This document shows, one piece after another, positions 21,861 to 32,301 of a stretch of DNA of 64,000 nt. The translations under genes were made by a program, and so were the position numbers. This stretch comes from Alphaproteobacteria bacterium (GTDB taxonomy: Bacteria; Pseudomonadota; Alphaproteobacteria; JABAAW01; JAHZMA01). The notes under the pieces are model-generated. The model was given only the letters and a program-made list of their open reading frames with translations. It had not been told where the DNA came from and searched no databases. The stretch lies in assembly GCA_965243045.1 (NCBI GenBank), contig CBDETR010000004.1:840821-904820 (forward strand). Reading direction: 5' to 3'. The number at the start of each line of letters is the position of its first letter. The stretch's first letter is position 1.

Positions 21861-22250
21861 ATGCCTGCCCCAGAAAAAATTAAACAGCTTGTTACGAATT
21901 TCCGCGAACAATTAGAACAGTTGAAACAAATATCGCATAATTCTGCTTTTCTATTCCCCCATAGAAGCGACTTTAATAAGGCAATGAGCAACAACACAAT
22001 GCTATATGCACTTTATCGCATGGGTTACCATAACCGCGCCACAATGCACGGCTTCCGTGCCACAGCTTCTACTATCCTGAATGAGAATGGCTTTAATAGC
22101 GATATTATCGAACGGCAATTATCGCATGGGGAAAGAAACAAGGTAAGGGCTTCATATAACCATGCGGAATATTTGCAAGAACGCGCGAATATGATGCAAT
22201 GGTATGCTGATTTTATTGAAACAAAACACAATGAGAGGCTTTACGCATGA
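21861..22250 (+). pseudogene. C-terminal fragment of a P4-like tyrosine integrase
   Basis: MSNNTMLYAL, HGFRATAST, IERQLSH, YNHAEYL; N-terminal arm- and core-binding domains absent; adjacent to tRNA-Trp. Confidence 0.88.
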
Positions 22251-23203
22251 TTGATGATTTTGAAATATTACGGAATAATCATTTTGAACCAATAAAAAAT
22301 TTAGGAATTAATCACTTAAGTGTAAATGATGCTTTGCTTATGGTTACTTATAATTCATTTATAAATGGTGAGATTAAACTAAAAGGCTACACATGGGGAG
22401 AAAAGGAATCAGCAATCAATAAATACCCTTTATTATCTGATAAAGAGTTACAAGGGAAATTAGCAAAAGAAGCAAAACAATATGGAATTCCATTTATGGA
22501 AGCTGTTACCAGCGGTGAATTACCTATAAGGCTTTTAACGAAAGATTTACATGGCAAGGTTAGAAAAGATTACACATTTATTCATATATCAGATTTAGAG
22601 CATTGGTTAAGCAAAAAGCGGATCTATTGTAGTGGTTTTTTGCACTATACAAGACAAGAGAACCACCTATATGAGAATATGGGGCATATCCTTTACGCTT
22701 ATAGATTACATCAAAGCAACAAAGAAGAGTTTGATAGAATTTATCAAGATACACAATCTAATATGATTGATGAAGCGTTAGGTATTCAAGGGTTAGAAAA
22801 AATGTCATTTATAACAAGTAATAGCTATCATAGAATTAAAGAATTAGAAGCAGAAAATGAGGCATTAAAGAAACAAAAAAGCCTAGCAAATGATAAAAAA
22901 CCTCACGGGCATACTACTAATGCCATGTTAAGAATGATTGCGACTCTATTAGCAACGGCTTATTCAAAAGAAGATTTTCTGAATCACAGAATCAAAAAAT
23001 CAGAAGTGATTGATGATGCCAAAGAAATCGGGTTAACACTTGATGATGAAACAGTTGATAAATACATAAAACAAGCACAACAAGCACAACAAGCACAACA
23101 AGAATATGAGATTAGAAAAATAGCGAATAAAAATTTAATCGCACCGAATAAAATTTATTCGCTAACAAAATTTGACAATCACACAAAACCACATTATTTG
23201 TAG
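22247..23203 (+). CDS. hypothetical protein of the integrative element
   Basis: 318 aa; ATGA overlap with the integrase fragment; C-terminal HTH-like segment (LTLDDETVDKYI); precedes alpA. Confidence 0.6.
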   Translation: MIDDFEILRNNHFEPIKNLGINHLSVNDALLMVTYNSFINGEIKLKGYTWGEKESAINKYPLLSDKELQGKLAKEAKQYGIPFMEAVTSGELPIRLLTKDLHGKVRKDYTFIHISDLEHWLSKKRIYCSGFLHYTRQENHLYENMGHILYAYRLHQSNKEEFDRIYQDTQSNMIDEALGIQGLEKMSFITSNSYHRIKELEAENEALKKQKSLANDKKPHGHTTNAMLRMIATLLATAYSKEDFLNHRIKKSEVIDDAKEIGLTLDDETVDKYIKQAQQAQQAQQEYEIRKIANKNLIAPNKIYSLTKFDNHTKPHYL

Positions 23204-23265
23204 CACATCGCACCGCACACGCGATGTGCTTTTTTTATGAATTGATAATGAAAGGATTTTTTATA

Positions 23266-23469
23266 ATGAATTATCAACCGAACCCCGAACCAATAAACAA
23301 CCCCATACCCGAACAAGGCTATATGCGCTTGCCCGCTATATTGGCAATCATAGCCGTATCACGTGCTTCATGGTGGCGATTGGTAAAAGAGGGCAAATAT
23401 CCGCAACCCGTTAAAATTATCGATATGCTAGGCGAAGAATGTTTGATGATTGATGGAGGAAGCGCATGA
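23266..23469 (+). CDS. AlpA family regulator/excisionase (C-terminus aberrant)
   Basis: GYMRLPAILAIIAVSRASWWRLVKEGKYPQPVK. Confidence 0.8.
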   Translation: MNYQPNPEPINNPIPEQGYMRLPAILAIIAVSRASWWRLVKEGKYPQPVKIIDMLGEECLMIDGGSA

Positions 23470-23829
23470 CTAATCTTAAAAGATTGTTGGTAAGCGCAGG
23501 CATGAAAAATTTTGTTAATTGGTTAGAAGAATGTAATGATAATTATCCTGAAAGGCAAAGTTCGTTGATTGAGTGCAAAAAAATGCGTGAAAAGAAGAAA
23601 ATACACACCCTATAACAGAATTGCCGAAGTAGAATATAGAATAAAATTTATAAATTATTAGAGAAAATTTGATTGCAGAAGCCTGTGATGAAGTTATCGC
23701 CAGCACGCATAAAACGGTAAAAGATGAAACTAATCAGAGCAAAAGAGTTAAAACAAAAATATGGCAATGGTAAAAGCCCATACGATACCTAATCAAAAAC
23801 ATGACTAACAATAAAAGTGATTTCAATTA

Positions 23830-25533
23830 ATGCCAAACGAAACTAATGCAGATAAAAACCGCGCTAAAAATATTATTTTCCTGATGTATGATCAGCTACG
23901 CTTTGATTATTTAAGTTGCTATGGTCATCCATTTTTGCAGACCCCTCATATGGATTGGTTGGCTAAGAATGGCGTGCAATTTACACGTTATTATGTGCAA
24001 TCGCCTATCTGTGGTGCCTCGCGCATGAGCTACCTAACAGGGCGTTATATCGATAGCCATGGTGCCAGTTGGAATGGTATTCCGTTAAATGTTGGTGAAA
24101 TCACGTTAGGCGAGCATTTGCGCGCGGCTAATATGGATAGCTGGCTGGTTGGTAAAACCCATTTTGAGCCTGATTATAAAGGCATGGAACGGTTGAAAAT
24201 AGATATGGATAGCCCCATGGGCAAAAGATTGCAAGAAGGCGGATTTGATATTCATACCCGCGATGATGGCTTATGGGGTTACGGACCTAATGGTTCTTAC
24301 GACCACAGAGCCTCACCTTATAATGATTATTTAGCGCAAAAAGGCTATGATGGCGATAACCCATGGCATGATTATGCCAATTCCTCAATCGATGAAAATA
24401 GTGAAAGCCTATCGGGTTGGTGGTTAAAAAATTGCGATAAGCCTGCCAATATTCGCAATGAAGATAGCGAAACCGTATGGCTCACCAGCTGTATGATAGA
24501 TTTTTTACAGCAACATAAAAACACATCACAGCCATGGCTATGCCATTTATCTTATATTAAACCGCATTGGCCTTATATTGTGCCGAAACCTTATCATAAT
24601 ATGTATGATGAGACGATGCTACTGCCATTGGTGCGTGCGCCACAAGAGCGTGAAACCAATAATGCAATTTTTCATGCCTTTAGCAATGCGCCAAAAGCAA
24701 AAGTTTTCTGGGATAAAGAAATCGCAACAAAGGTTAAAATTGCCTATATGGGGTTGATAAAACAATGCGATGATGAATTGGGGCGGTTATTGGATTATTT
24801 ACGCAGCGAAAATATGTTAGAGGAAACCATCATTGTGTTAACATCTGACCATGGTGATTATTTAGGTGACCATTGGATGGGCGAAAAAGATTTTTTTCAC
24901 GAAGCATCTGTGCGTGCACCTTTAATTATTTATGACCCCAGCGAACAGGCAAATTCTTCCCGAGGCACAATCTGCGATGCGCTAACAGAATCTCTTGATT
25001 TATTGCCAACCTTTATTGAAATGGCGGGGGGCAAGCCGCCTTACCATGTGTTAGAGGGGCGTTCTTTATCGCCATTTATTTATGATGATGGCGCGCCAAA
25101 AAAACAAGATTGGCGAAAATTTGTCATTAGCGAATATGATTATGGTTTAACGCCATTATGCCAGCGTTTGAATGTGGCAAGCGAAGATGCACGCATTTAC
25201 ATGGTTGCTGATGAGACTTATAAATTGATAGAAGCGAAAGGTAATTTTCCGCTTATGTTATTTGATTTACAGAAAGACCCGCAAGAATTGCATAATGTTG
25301 CACAAGATGAAGACTATCAAACAATCATTGCAATGATGCAAGAATATCTAAAACAATGGCACCAGCGTACATCGCAACGTACTACCATGTCTAACGATGA
25401 TATTGCACAAAAAACAGGAGCATCACGCGAAAAAGGTGTTTTATTAGGCTCCGTTGATGGTGAAGAATTCTCACCTGAAATCAGAAAATTTTATAATAAA
25501 GAAATCAATCAGAATTATCTGAAATCTGACTAA
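23830..25533 (+). CDS. sulfatase/alkaline phosphatase superfamily hydrolase (phosphonate monoester hydrolase-like)
   Basis: DQLRFD, CGASR formylglycine motif, YIKPHWP, TSDHGDYLGDHW. Confidence 0.85.
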   Translation: MPNETNADKNRAKNIIFLMYDQLRFDYLSCYGHPFLQTPHMDWLAKNGVQFTRYYVQSPICGASRMSYLTGRYIDSHGASWNGIPLNVGEITLGEHLRAANMDSWLVGKTHFEPDYKGMERLKIDMDSPMGKRLQEGGFDIHTRDDGLWGYGPNGSYDHRASPYNDYLAQKGYDGDNPWHDYANSSIDENSESLSGWWLKNCDKPANIRNEDSETVWLTSCMIDFLQQHKNTSQPWLCHLSYIKPHWPYIVPKPYHNMYDETMLLPLVRAPQERETNNAIFHAFSNAPKAKVFWDKEIATKVKIAYMGLIKQCDDELGRLLDYLRSENMLEETIIVLTSDHGDYLGDHWMGEKDFFHEASVRAPLIIYDPSEQANSSRGTICDALTESLDLLPTFIEMAGGKPPYHVLEGRSLSPFIYDDGAPKKQDWRKFVISEYDYGLTPLCQRLNVASEDARIYMVADETYKLIEAKGNFPLMLFDLQKDPQELHNVAQDEDYQTIIAMMQEYLKQWHQRTSQRTTMSNDDIAQKTGASREKGVLLGSVDGEEFSPEIRKFYNKEINQNYLKSD

Positions 25534-25543
25534 ACTAATAGCA

Positions 25544-25951
25544 TCACATAAAATTTTTCATCACACTTACTAATTTTTCACTCAAGGGTTCAGGCTTAAT
25601 TTTATCAATATTCTGCACATGCACAAGCACCGCATCACAATGAAGCCGATGCTCATTCTTGCAATGCATATCAATGGCAACCGTAAAACTGCTTTTGCCC
25701 AAATGGGTAATCAGCAAGCTGACATCTAATAAATCACCTAAATAAGATGGCTTTAAAAATTCACATGAAATTTTTAAGGTAGGCACACCGGCTTTTTCCC
25801 GATGCATTGTCGCAAAATTGTAATCAAGTGCAAGGTCAAACCATTCTTCTATCGTTGCATTAATCATTTCAAAATAACGCGGATAAAACACAATACGGGC
25901 AGGGTCACAATGCTGAAACAGCACTTTTTGAGTTGTTTGATAAGCGGGCAT
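25544..25951 (-). CDS. 4HBT-family acyl-CoA thioesterase
   Basis: FQHCDPARIVFYPRYFEM. Confidence 0.9.
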   Translation of the reverse strand: MPAYQTTQKVLFQHCDPARIVFYPRYFEMINATIEEWFDLALDYNFATMHREKAGVPTLKISCEFLKPSYLGDLLDVSLLITHLGKSSFTVAIDMHCKNEHRLHCDAVLVHVQNIDKIKPEPLSEKLVSVMKNFM

Positions 25952-26064
25952 GATATACCAATTATTCAGTTCTTAATTTCATTCTTTATCCTTGTCTGTA
26001 GGAATTTTTAAGCCTTATTATAATTGTAGCAGTTTTTACACCCTATTTTCAAGCATTAATAATA

Positions 26065-26222
26065 TGGGGGTGCGGTATCGCTTCTCGGTGATGAGGGCAG
26101 GCATTATTCATTAATATTATGGGGGTGCGGCGTGCCTTATTGGCACGACCCCCAAACCCCCGCATCATTAATATTATGGGGGTGCGGCGTGCCTTATTGG
26201 CACGACCCCCAAACCCCCGCGC
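26065..26222. repeat. modular dispersed repeat, 57-bp tandem duplicate
   Basis: CATTAATATTATGGGGGTGCGGCGTGCCTTATTGGCACGACCCCCAAACCCCCGC twice; core starts at 26121 and 26178. Confidence 0.9.
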
Positions 26223-26223
26223 A

Positions 26224-26949
26224 TTATAAACACATCATTCCAATGCTTGCGCCCCCGCAAACATAAAGCGTCTGCCCTGTTACAAAACTATTTGCAGGGT
26301 CGCAGAAAAATAAAAAAGCATTGCTAACATCTTCCACCTTGCCCAATCTGCCAACAGGAATTTTTTGTGCCAGCTGTGTTTCTTGTTCGCTTCCCTTAGG
26401 GATAATTCCCCAAAAATTATCCGTCCGAATAGGGCCCGGTGCCACGACATTAACGGTAATACCATAGGGTGCTAATTCTAACGCCCATGTGCGCGCCATA
26501 CCAATCATGCCCGCTTTTGTTGCAGAATAAGCGGTGCGTGTTGGTACACCCAAAGCAGCACGCGAGCCATTAAATAGGATACGCCCAAATTCTTGGCTTT
26601 TCATATTCGGTAAAAATGCTTGCAACAAAATTAATGCAGAGCCCAAATGCAACTGTGCTAAATTGGTAATATCTTCAGCCTTTGCCTCTTCAAGCAGGTT
26701 CGGAAAAATCAAGCCGGCATTATGGATAAGATGCGTTACCTGATGGTTTTTAGTAATTTCTTGAGCAATCTGTGTTGTTGCTTGTGCATCTAACAAATCG
26801 CATTCAAAATGTTTAAGGTTTTTATGGTGCCATTCTGGAATGCGCCGCGATAAATTCACCACCTGATAATCACGCTCGATTAATTTCATGGCAATATCAG
26901 CACCAATCCCTTTGCTTGCGCCTGTAATCACGGCTGTATAATCACTCAT
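26224..26949 (-). CDS. SDR family oxidoreductase
   Basis: TGASKGIG, HNAG, YSATK, VTGQTLYVCGG. Confidence 0.93.
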   Translation of the reverse strand: MSDYTAVITGASKGIGADIAMKLIERDYQVVNLSRRIPEWHHKNLKHFECDLLDAQATTQIAQEITKNHQVTHLIHNAGLIFPNLLEEAKAEDITNLAQLHLGSALILLQAFLPNMKSQEFGRILFNGSRAALGVPTRTAYSATKAGMIGMARTWALELAPYGITVNVVAPGPIRTDNFWGIIPKGSEQETQLAQKIPVGRLGKVEDVSNAFLFFCDPANSFVTGQTLYVCGGASIGMMCL

Positions 26950-26954
26950 CTTAA

Positions 26955-27743
26955 TTATCCCTTCATTGCAGAAGGCACCAATGCCAACACCCGCAAAGGC
27001 GAACCCGTTCCACCTTTTATTTTCAAAGGTGGTGCAATTAATATCGCGCCTGTGGGGGGTAATTTATCAAGATTGCACAAACATTGTAGCCCATATTTGT
27101 TAGCCTTATGCAAAAGAAAATGCGCTGGATAAGGCGGTGAATAATGCGCGCCTTGCCCGGCATCCGTGCCAACCGTTTCAGTGCCAAACCCACGAATATC
27201 ACGTTCTAATAATAATTTAATGGCATCAGGCGTAGGGCCCGGTGAATGAGGTCCATCATCAGCCATATTCAAATAATCCGCACCAGATTTTTTTGACCAA
27301 TCCGTGCGCATCAATACCCAGCTATCTTTTGGAATGGTGCCATATTTTTTTTCCCATGCTAAAATCAATTCAGGGGTAAGTTCAAAATCATCATCCTGTG
27401 CAGCCCCTTCCGAACAATCAATCACAATCACCGCCCCTATAAACATATCAGGGGGGATTTCATCAACCGCACCATTGGCAATATCTTTGCCAGAAACCCA
27501 ATGAATCGGCGCATCAAAATGCGTGCCGGTATGTTCATTCATGGATATATTATGCCATTTCCATGCAGGGCCTCTATGGTCGTAAGCAGAAACTTCTTCC
27601 ATTCTAAAGCGCGCGCATTGCCCAAATTCTGGAGGCAAAATCATCACAGGGAAATCGGGGTCAAGCGTATGGGTTAAATCCACCACTTGCAACTGCCCAT
27701 CAAGCAAGGCAACCGAAACATCATTGAGTAAATCAGCCATCAC
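26955..27743 (-). CDS. cyclase family (kynurenine formamidase / isatin hydrolase-like) protein
   Basis: EHTGTHFDAPIH, GTDAGQG, GGTGSPLRVLA. Confidence 0.9.
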   Translation of the reverse strand: MMADLLNDVSVALLDGQLQVVDLTHTLDPDFPVMILPPEFGQCARFRMEEVSAYDHRGPAWKWHNISMNEHTGTHFDAPIHWVSGKDIANGAVDEIPPDMFIGAVIVIDCSEGAAQDDDFELTPELILAWEKKYGTIPKDSWVLMRTDWSKKSGADYLNMADDGPHSPGPTPDAIKLLLERDIRGFGTETVGTDAGQGAHYSPPYPAHFLLHKANKYGLQCLCNLDKLPPTGAILIAPPLKIKGGTGSPLRVLALVPSAMKG

Positions 27744-28983
27744 GCGCTCCTGTTAATTCACGTTCTAACACCTTCGCATTTTGACGCCAGCGTTGGGCAA
27801 TATCTTTGGCAATATCGCCACAATACACATCTTCCAAACCTTCACATAAAGCCTCAGCAATTGATTTTGCCAATGCCCCATGCGTCACTTTTGGCGGTGG
27901 CAAAGGTTGATACCATTCATCATCGGTAGGCCCTGTAAAAACATTCATCACCCGTAAACCTGATGCGCGAAACTCGCCTCGCAATGTTTGGCTGAGTGAA
28001 TATGCCGCCGCTTGACTGGCAGAAAATGCGCCAAAAGCAGGGTCGGATGAAAGCGCGTTGATTGACAAAATATTGACAAATGCCACTGCGCTATTGGTGC
28101 CATCATTGGTGCGTGATGCCATTGCTGGACCAAAATTTTGTGCCAATCGCATCAACCCCAAAGCATTAATATCCATCTCTTCACGGGCAAAAATCGTATC
28201 AGCCCCCAACACGCCACCGGGGCGTATATGGCGCGCTGTATTAATCAGAATATCAGTTTTGCCACCAATTTCAGAAGCTAATTTCTTCACAGAGCTGGTA
28301 TCAGAAATATCAAGTGGTAAGATAGAAACATTATCAAAATCTTTAAATGCATCGCGCTTTACACCCCGTCGCCACGCTTCTGCTTCACCAAGAAAAATAT
28401 GCGATGCACCGCATTTTTGCAACTCATGCACCAATGGCACAACCACCGATGCGCGTAAATCAGTAATCAACACACGACGATGTTTTGGGTGTGCAGTCAA
28501 TGTGCGTAATTGGGCATCATCTTCCATATTATTGCTCCTTTTCATGGGCAAAGCAATCATCACTCCTTGCCCAGCCTTATCTAATTTTAATGCCATCTGC
28601 ACCGGTTCGCCATGTTTCACATCACCATGCAAATGGCACAATATCACCAGATTTGATGCAATTTGTACCAAGCCCGACCGCCACGGATAATTTTCGCGAT
28701 AATAGCTATCGGGTGATACATGAATGGTGGTTTCAGCAATCACGATACCTTTATTTTCTGTTTCGCGCCACTCTAAATCTACAGAAAGACATGAACAACA
28801 CACATCACGCGGGGGATATTGAATGGTTTTGCATTCTGTGCAATGCTGTAATGCAAATTCACCACGTGCCGCCGCCGCTGTTAGCCCCATGCCTGCCCGT
28901 GAGCGCGCTTCAGGAGGAAGAAGAGGTGATTTTTGCCGTAATTGTGGGTTCTTTTTGGCAGGCTTTAATAATTTTTCAGTCAT
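27733..28983 (-). CDS. Zn-ribbon/OB-fold (DUF35) - SDR fusion protein
   Basis: LQHCTECKTIQYPPRDVCCSC N-terminal domain followed by a degenerate SDR domain. Confidence 0.82.
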   Translation of the reverse strand: MTEKLLKPAKKNPQLRQKSPLLPPEARSRAGMGLTAAAARGEFALQHCTECKTIQYPPRDVCCSCLSVDLEWRETENKGIVIAETTIHVSPDSYYRENYPWRSGLVQIASNLVILCHLHGDVKHGEPVQMALKLDKAGQGVMIALPMKRSNNMEDDAQLRTLTAHPKHRRVLITDLRASVVVPLVHELQKCGASHIFLGEAEAWRRGVKRDAFKDFDNVSILPLDISDTSSVKKLASEIGGKTDILINTARHIRPGGVLGADTIFAREEMDINALGLMRLAQNFGPAMASRTNDGTNSAVAFVNILSINALSSDPAFGAFSASQAAAYSLSQTLRGEFRASGLRVMNVFTGPTDDEWYQPLPPPKVTHGALAKSIAEALCEGLEDVYCGDIAKDIAQRWRQNAKVLERELTGARDG

Positions 28984-30188
28984 GAGATGTTAGCCTCTTT
29001 CATCAAATCGCCTTGCGTTAAAATTGCCGCCGATGAGCATAAACCCCTATCATAATTAATCATGCCAAAGCCTGAAATCATCGCGCATTCTGCTTTTTCA
29101 ACTTGTGTATTGCCAGCCTGCTTGGTTACCTGACGAATGCCTTCTACCAATCCTAAATAGCCACCTGCCGCGCCTGCCTGCCCTACCGATAATTGCCCGC
29201 CCGATGTGTTATGGGGAAAATCGCCTTTGATTGTTAAATCATGCGCGCGCACAAATTTGCCTCCCTCGCCTTTTTTACAAAAGCCTAAATCTTCCATCTG
29301 CATCATAGAAATCACCGGGTAATCATCGTAGCTTTCTAGCAAATCAATATCTTGCGGGGTGCAATCTGCCATCTGATATAATTCATCAACATCCATTGCC
29401 CAACCACCGCGCAACTGAATAGGGTCGTCTGCAAAAGCATGATGCCGTTCAATCGTGCCAGCAATATGGGCATAAGGTAGGTTTCTTTTTTGGGCTTCAT
29501 CTTCACGCATCACCAAAAACCCTTCCGCACCCGCGCAGGGCATCACACAATCAAACAAGTGAATCGGCTCGGCAATGGCACGCGCATTTAAATATTGTTC
29601 CATCGTCAGAGGTTTCTTCATCAAAGCATAAGGATTTTGTAACGCATTAGCGCGTTGCGCCACCGCAATCATGCCAAACTCTTCACGGGTAACGCCATAT
29701 TCACGCATATAAGCATCGGCAATCAGGGCAAAATTCGCATTCGGCCCCCCATAACCATAAGGGTAGGAAGCATCCATTGCAAAACGAGAAAAAGAAGAAA
29801 GCAAACGCCGAAAACTATCAATATGATTGGTATCACCTGCAACACATGCCACATAATCAGCATCACCTGCTTGCACCGCACGCGCCGCCCTGCGCAACGC
29901 AATCACACCGCTTGCGCCACCCATCGGGATATTATCTAGCCAACGTGGGCAAAGCCCTAAATGTTGCGTTAATCCCACAATTGTATCAGGAAATAATGTA
30001 AAGCTAGAAACGGCAAATCCATCTAATGTTTGAGGCGTTAAATCAGCCTTTTGTAAAATTTCACGTAACGCACGGGCAATCCACCAATGTGCTGTTTCTT
30101 GACTATAACGGATATAGGGAATTGTGACAGGAGCTGTTACGACAACACCATGATAATTGCAACGCTTTTTGCCAGAAGCTGACATCAT
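28980..30188 (-). CDS. thiolase family protein (SCP2/non-specific lipid-transfer type)
   Basis: QRANALQNPYA, LFDCVMPCAGA, YDDYP, HNTSGGQLS. Confidence 0.88.
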   Translation of the reverse strand: MMSASGKKRCNYHGVVVTAPVTIPYIRYSQETAHWWIARALREILQKADLTPQTLDGFAVSSFTLFPDTIVGLTQHLGLCPRWLDNIPMGGASGVIALRRAARAVQAGDADYVACVAGDTNHIDSFRRLLSSFSRFAMDASYPYGYGGPNANFALIADAYMREYGVTREEFGMIAVAQRANALQNPYALMKKPLTMEQYLNARAIAEPIHLFDCVMPCAGAEGFLVMREDEAQKRNLPYAHIAGTIERHHAFADDPIQLRGGWAMDVDELYQMADCTPQDIDLLESYDDYPVISMMQMEDLGFCKKGEGGKFVRAHDLTIKGDFPHNTSGGQLSVGQAGAAGGYLGLVEGIRQVTKQAGNTQVEKAECAMISGFGMINYDRGLCSSAAILTQGDLMKEANIS

Positions 30189-31813
30189 TTTTTATCTCGT
30201 TTTTTCATCATGCGCATATCATAGGCTTTTTGCATCAAACCTTCAGCAAGTTTTTTTAATTCACCCCGTTGAATTTTTTGCGTGCCAGTTAAAGGCAATG
30301 TATCAATGAAGGCAATATAACCCGGCGCCTTATAATAGGCAAGCTGTGTTAAGCACCATGCAACAATATCAGATGCAATTTCTTGCGTATGATTATCGCT
30401 CACGATACAGGCAAAAACTTCATCGCCACGTATCTCATCAGGCACGGCTGTTACTGCCACCGCTCTAATCGCAGGATGGCGCATCAATGTGGATTCCACC
30501 TCGATAGCGGCGATATTCTCACCCGAACGCCGTATCACATTTTTTTTACGGTCAACAAAATAAACCGAACCATCTTCGGCGCGCCTTACAATATCGCCTG
30601 TGTGAAACCAATCATTTTCCCAAGCCTTATCGGTTGCGGTTTCATCTTTATAATAGCCTGCAAAAAAGCCATATCTTTGTTCTGCTTGATTGTTGGCTTT
30701 GGAACGTCTTACCAATAATTCACCCACGCCATATAGGCTCTTCGTACCATCATCAGCCAATAATGCCATTTCAATTTCTGATGCGGGTTTGCCCAAACAG
30801 CTTGTGCCAATTTCGCGTGGCTCTTGATTGGCGCAAATCACTGCCCCTGCGCCTGTTTCAGTCATTGCCCATGCTTCAATAAGGGGGAAATCAAAACGTG
30901 TTTCAAATGCTTCATGGATTTTTGGGTCAACTCCTGCGCCAAAACCAAACCGTATCGCGTGATTTTTATCATTAAAAGATGCTTCAGCTGCCATTAATAA
31001 AGACGGCATCACCCCAAGATAATGCAAGCAAGTTGCACGCGATTCCTGCACAGCTTGCCACCAGCTTGATGGATGAAAACGGTCAAGCACAATTAAACAG
31101 CCCCCCATCGTTACCATCGCCATGAATGAATAAGCCATTGCATTCATATGAAAAACTGGCAAAGGGGTTATCATTCTTTCGCCACCATTGCCAACAACAT
31201 TGTAAAGCGCGCATAAACCGCCTGCCTCCGCATACCAACGCCCTGCTTCTAAAAAGTAACTATTGGTTAAAATACAGCCCTTCGGATTGCCTGTGGTGCC
31301 AGATGTGTACAGCAAAGCCGCTTCTTGATGCGCGCTTGTTTTTATATCTTTGCTAAGTGTGGAGGGAATTTTATCGCCATGATTGATAATTTTTACCTTA
31401 ATTTTTGTTTCTAATGTCGCTTGGATTAAATCCATACGGCGCGAAGGTATCGTCACAATCAATGAAGGTTCAGAATGCCCAATCATATAACAAAGTTCAG
31501 CATGGCGTAAATCAGGATTCACAGGCACACAAGATGCACCAATATGGTTCAATGCCAACAGCCAGATAAAATAATCAGGGCGGTTTTCTAATAACAGCAT
31601 CACGCGATGCCCCTTGCCATATCCTGCTTGTTCTAACAAAGCAACCTGTTTCATCACCGCGCGATGGCATTGTGCATAGCTTTGTTCGCCTGCTTCTATA
31701 CCATAAATATCTGCGGTTTCATCAAGAACATGGAATAAAGGGCGGTTCGGATAACGCTGATAGCTTGCATAGAATGCATCAAAAATTGTGTGCAATCCCG
31801 ATGATGAAGTCAT
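30185..31813 (-). CDS. acyl-CoA ligase (CaiC-like AMP-binding protein)
   Basis: YTSGTTGNPKG, WAMTE, WFHTGD, RRSGENI, TGTQKIQR. Confidence 0.92.
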   Translation of the reverse strand: MTSSSGLHTIFDAFYASYQRYPNRPLFHVLDETADIYGIEAGEQSYAQCHRAVMKQVALLEQAGYGKGHRVMLLLENRPDYFIWLLALNHIGASCVPVNPDLRHAELCYMIGHSEPSLIVTIPSRRMDLIQATLETKIKVKIINHGDKIPSTLSKDIKTSAHQEAALLYTSGTTGNPKGCILTNSYFLEAGRWYAEAGGLCALYNVVGNGGERMITPLPVFHMNAMAYSFMAMVTMGGCLIVLDRFHPSSWWQAVQESRATCLHYLGVMPSLLMAAEASFNDKNHAIRFGFGAGVDPKIHEAFETRFDFPLIEAWAMTETGAGAVICANQEPREIGTSCLGKPASEIEMALLADDGTKSLYGVGELLVRRSKANNQAEQRYGFFAGYYKDETATDKAWENDWFHTGDIVRRAEDGSVYFVDRKKNVIRRSGENIAAIEVESTLMRHPAIRAVAVTAVPDEIRGDEVFACIVSDNHTQEIASDIVAWCLTQLAYYKAPGYIAFIDTLPLTGTQKIQRGELKKLAEGLMQKAYDMRMMKKRDKK

Positions 31814-32301
31814 GGCAGAAGCTGAATATTACGGAATGCCGCATCACAATTCAAAATATCCACGCGCTTATTGGCAATGCGAACTTTACCATCTATCAAG
31901 GAAAGTTCGTGGCGCGCGGTTAGGGCAAGCAAGCATTGTTCATCAAGACGCGTTTCAACATAATGCATGAAAGTTTTGGTAACATATTGCCCTTTTTCAT
32001 GATTGATTTCATCGATGAATGGGCGTTGAATTACGTGATGGCATCGGCTCTTTGGTTTTTGCGAAAAAGTGCGCGCGCCATTTAAGCGTTCTACACGCAA
32101 TTTGAGCATAAAAATATCTTCATACATGAGCGAAGTGGTATGGATAGGGTCGCTCTGTTGGTAATCAAGTGGCATCCAATAATGCCCATCTTCAAGCCAT
32201 AAAGCCAGCCATTCATCATAACGCCCTTCATCTAGCATTCGCACTTCCTCATAGATGAAGTCAATCAAATTTTCTTTGGTAATGGCGGAAGAGGCAGTCA
32301 T
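31810..32301 (-). CDS. aromatic ring-hydroxylating oxygenase beta subunit
   Basis: YEEVRMLDEGRYDEWLAL, YWMP, KRVDILN; start inferred from ATGA overlap. Confidence 0.9.
   Translation of the reverse strand: MTASSAITKENLIDFIYEEVRMLDEGRYDEWLALWLEDGHYWMPLDYQQSDPIHTTSLMYEDIFMLKLRVERLNGARTFSQKPKSRCHHVIQRPFIDEINHEKGQYVTKTFMHYVETRLDEQCLLALTARHELSLIDGKVRIANKRVDILNCDAAFRNIQLLP

Larger units (their letters stand above)
21621..23800 (+). mobile_element. decayed integrative element remnant at tRNA-Trp
   Basis: Order tRNA - integrase fragment - hypothetical - alpA; right boundary approximate. Confidence 0.65.

Noticed and set aside
28058-28985. Long + strand ORFs (210 aa and 166 aa)
   Set aside because: Antisense shadows of the OB-fold-SDR gene with no motifs of their own
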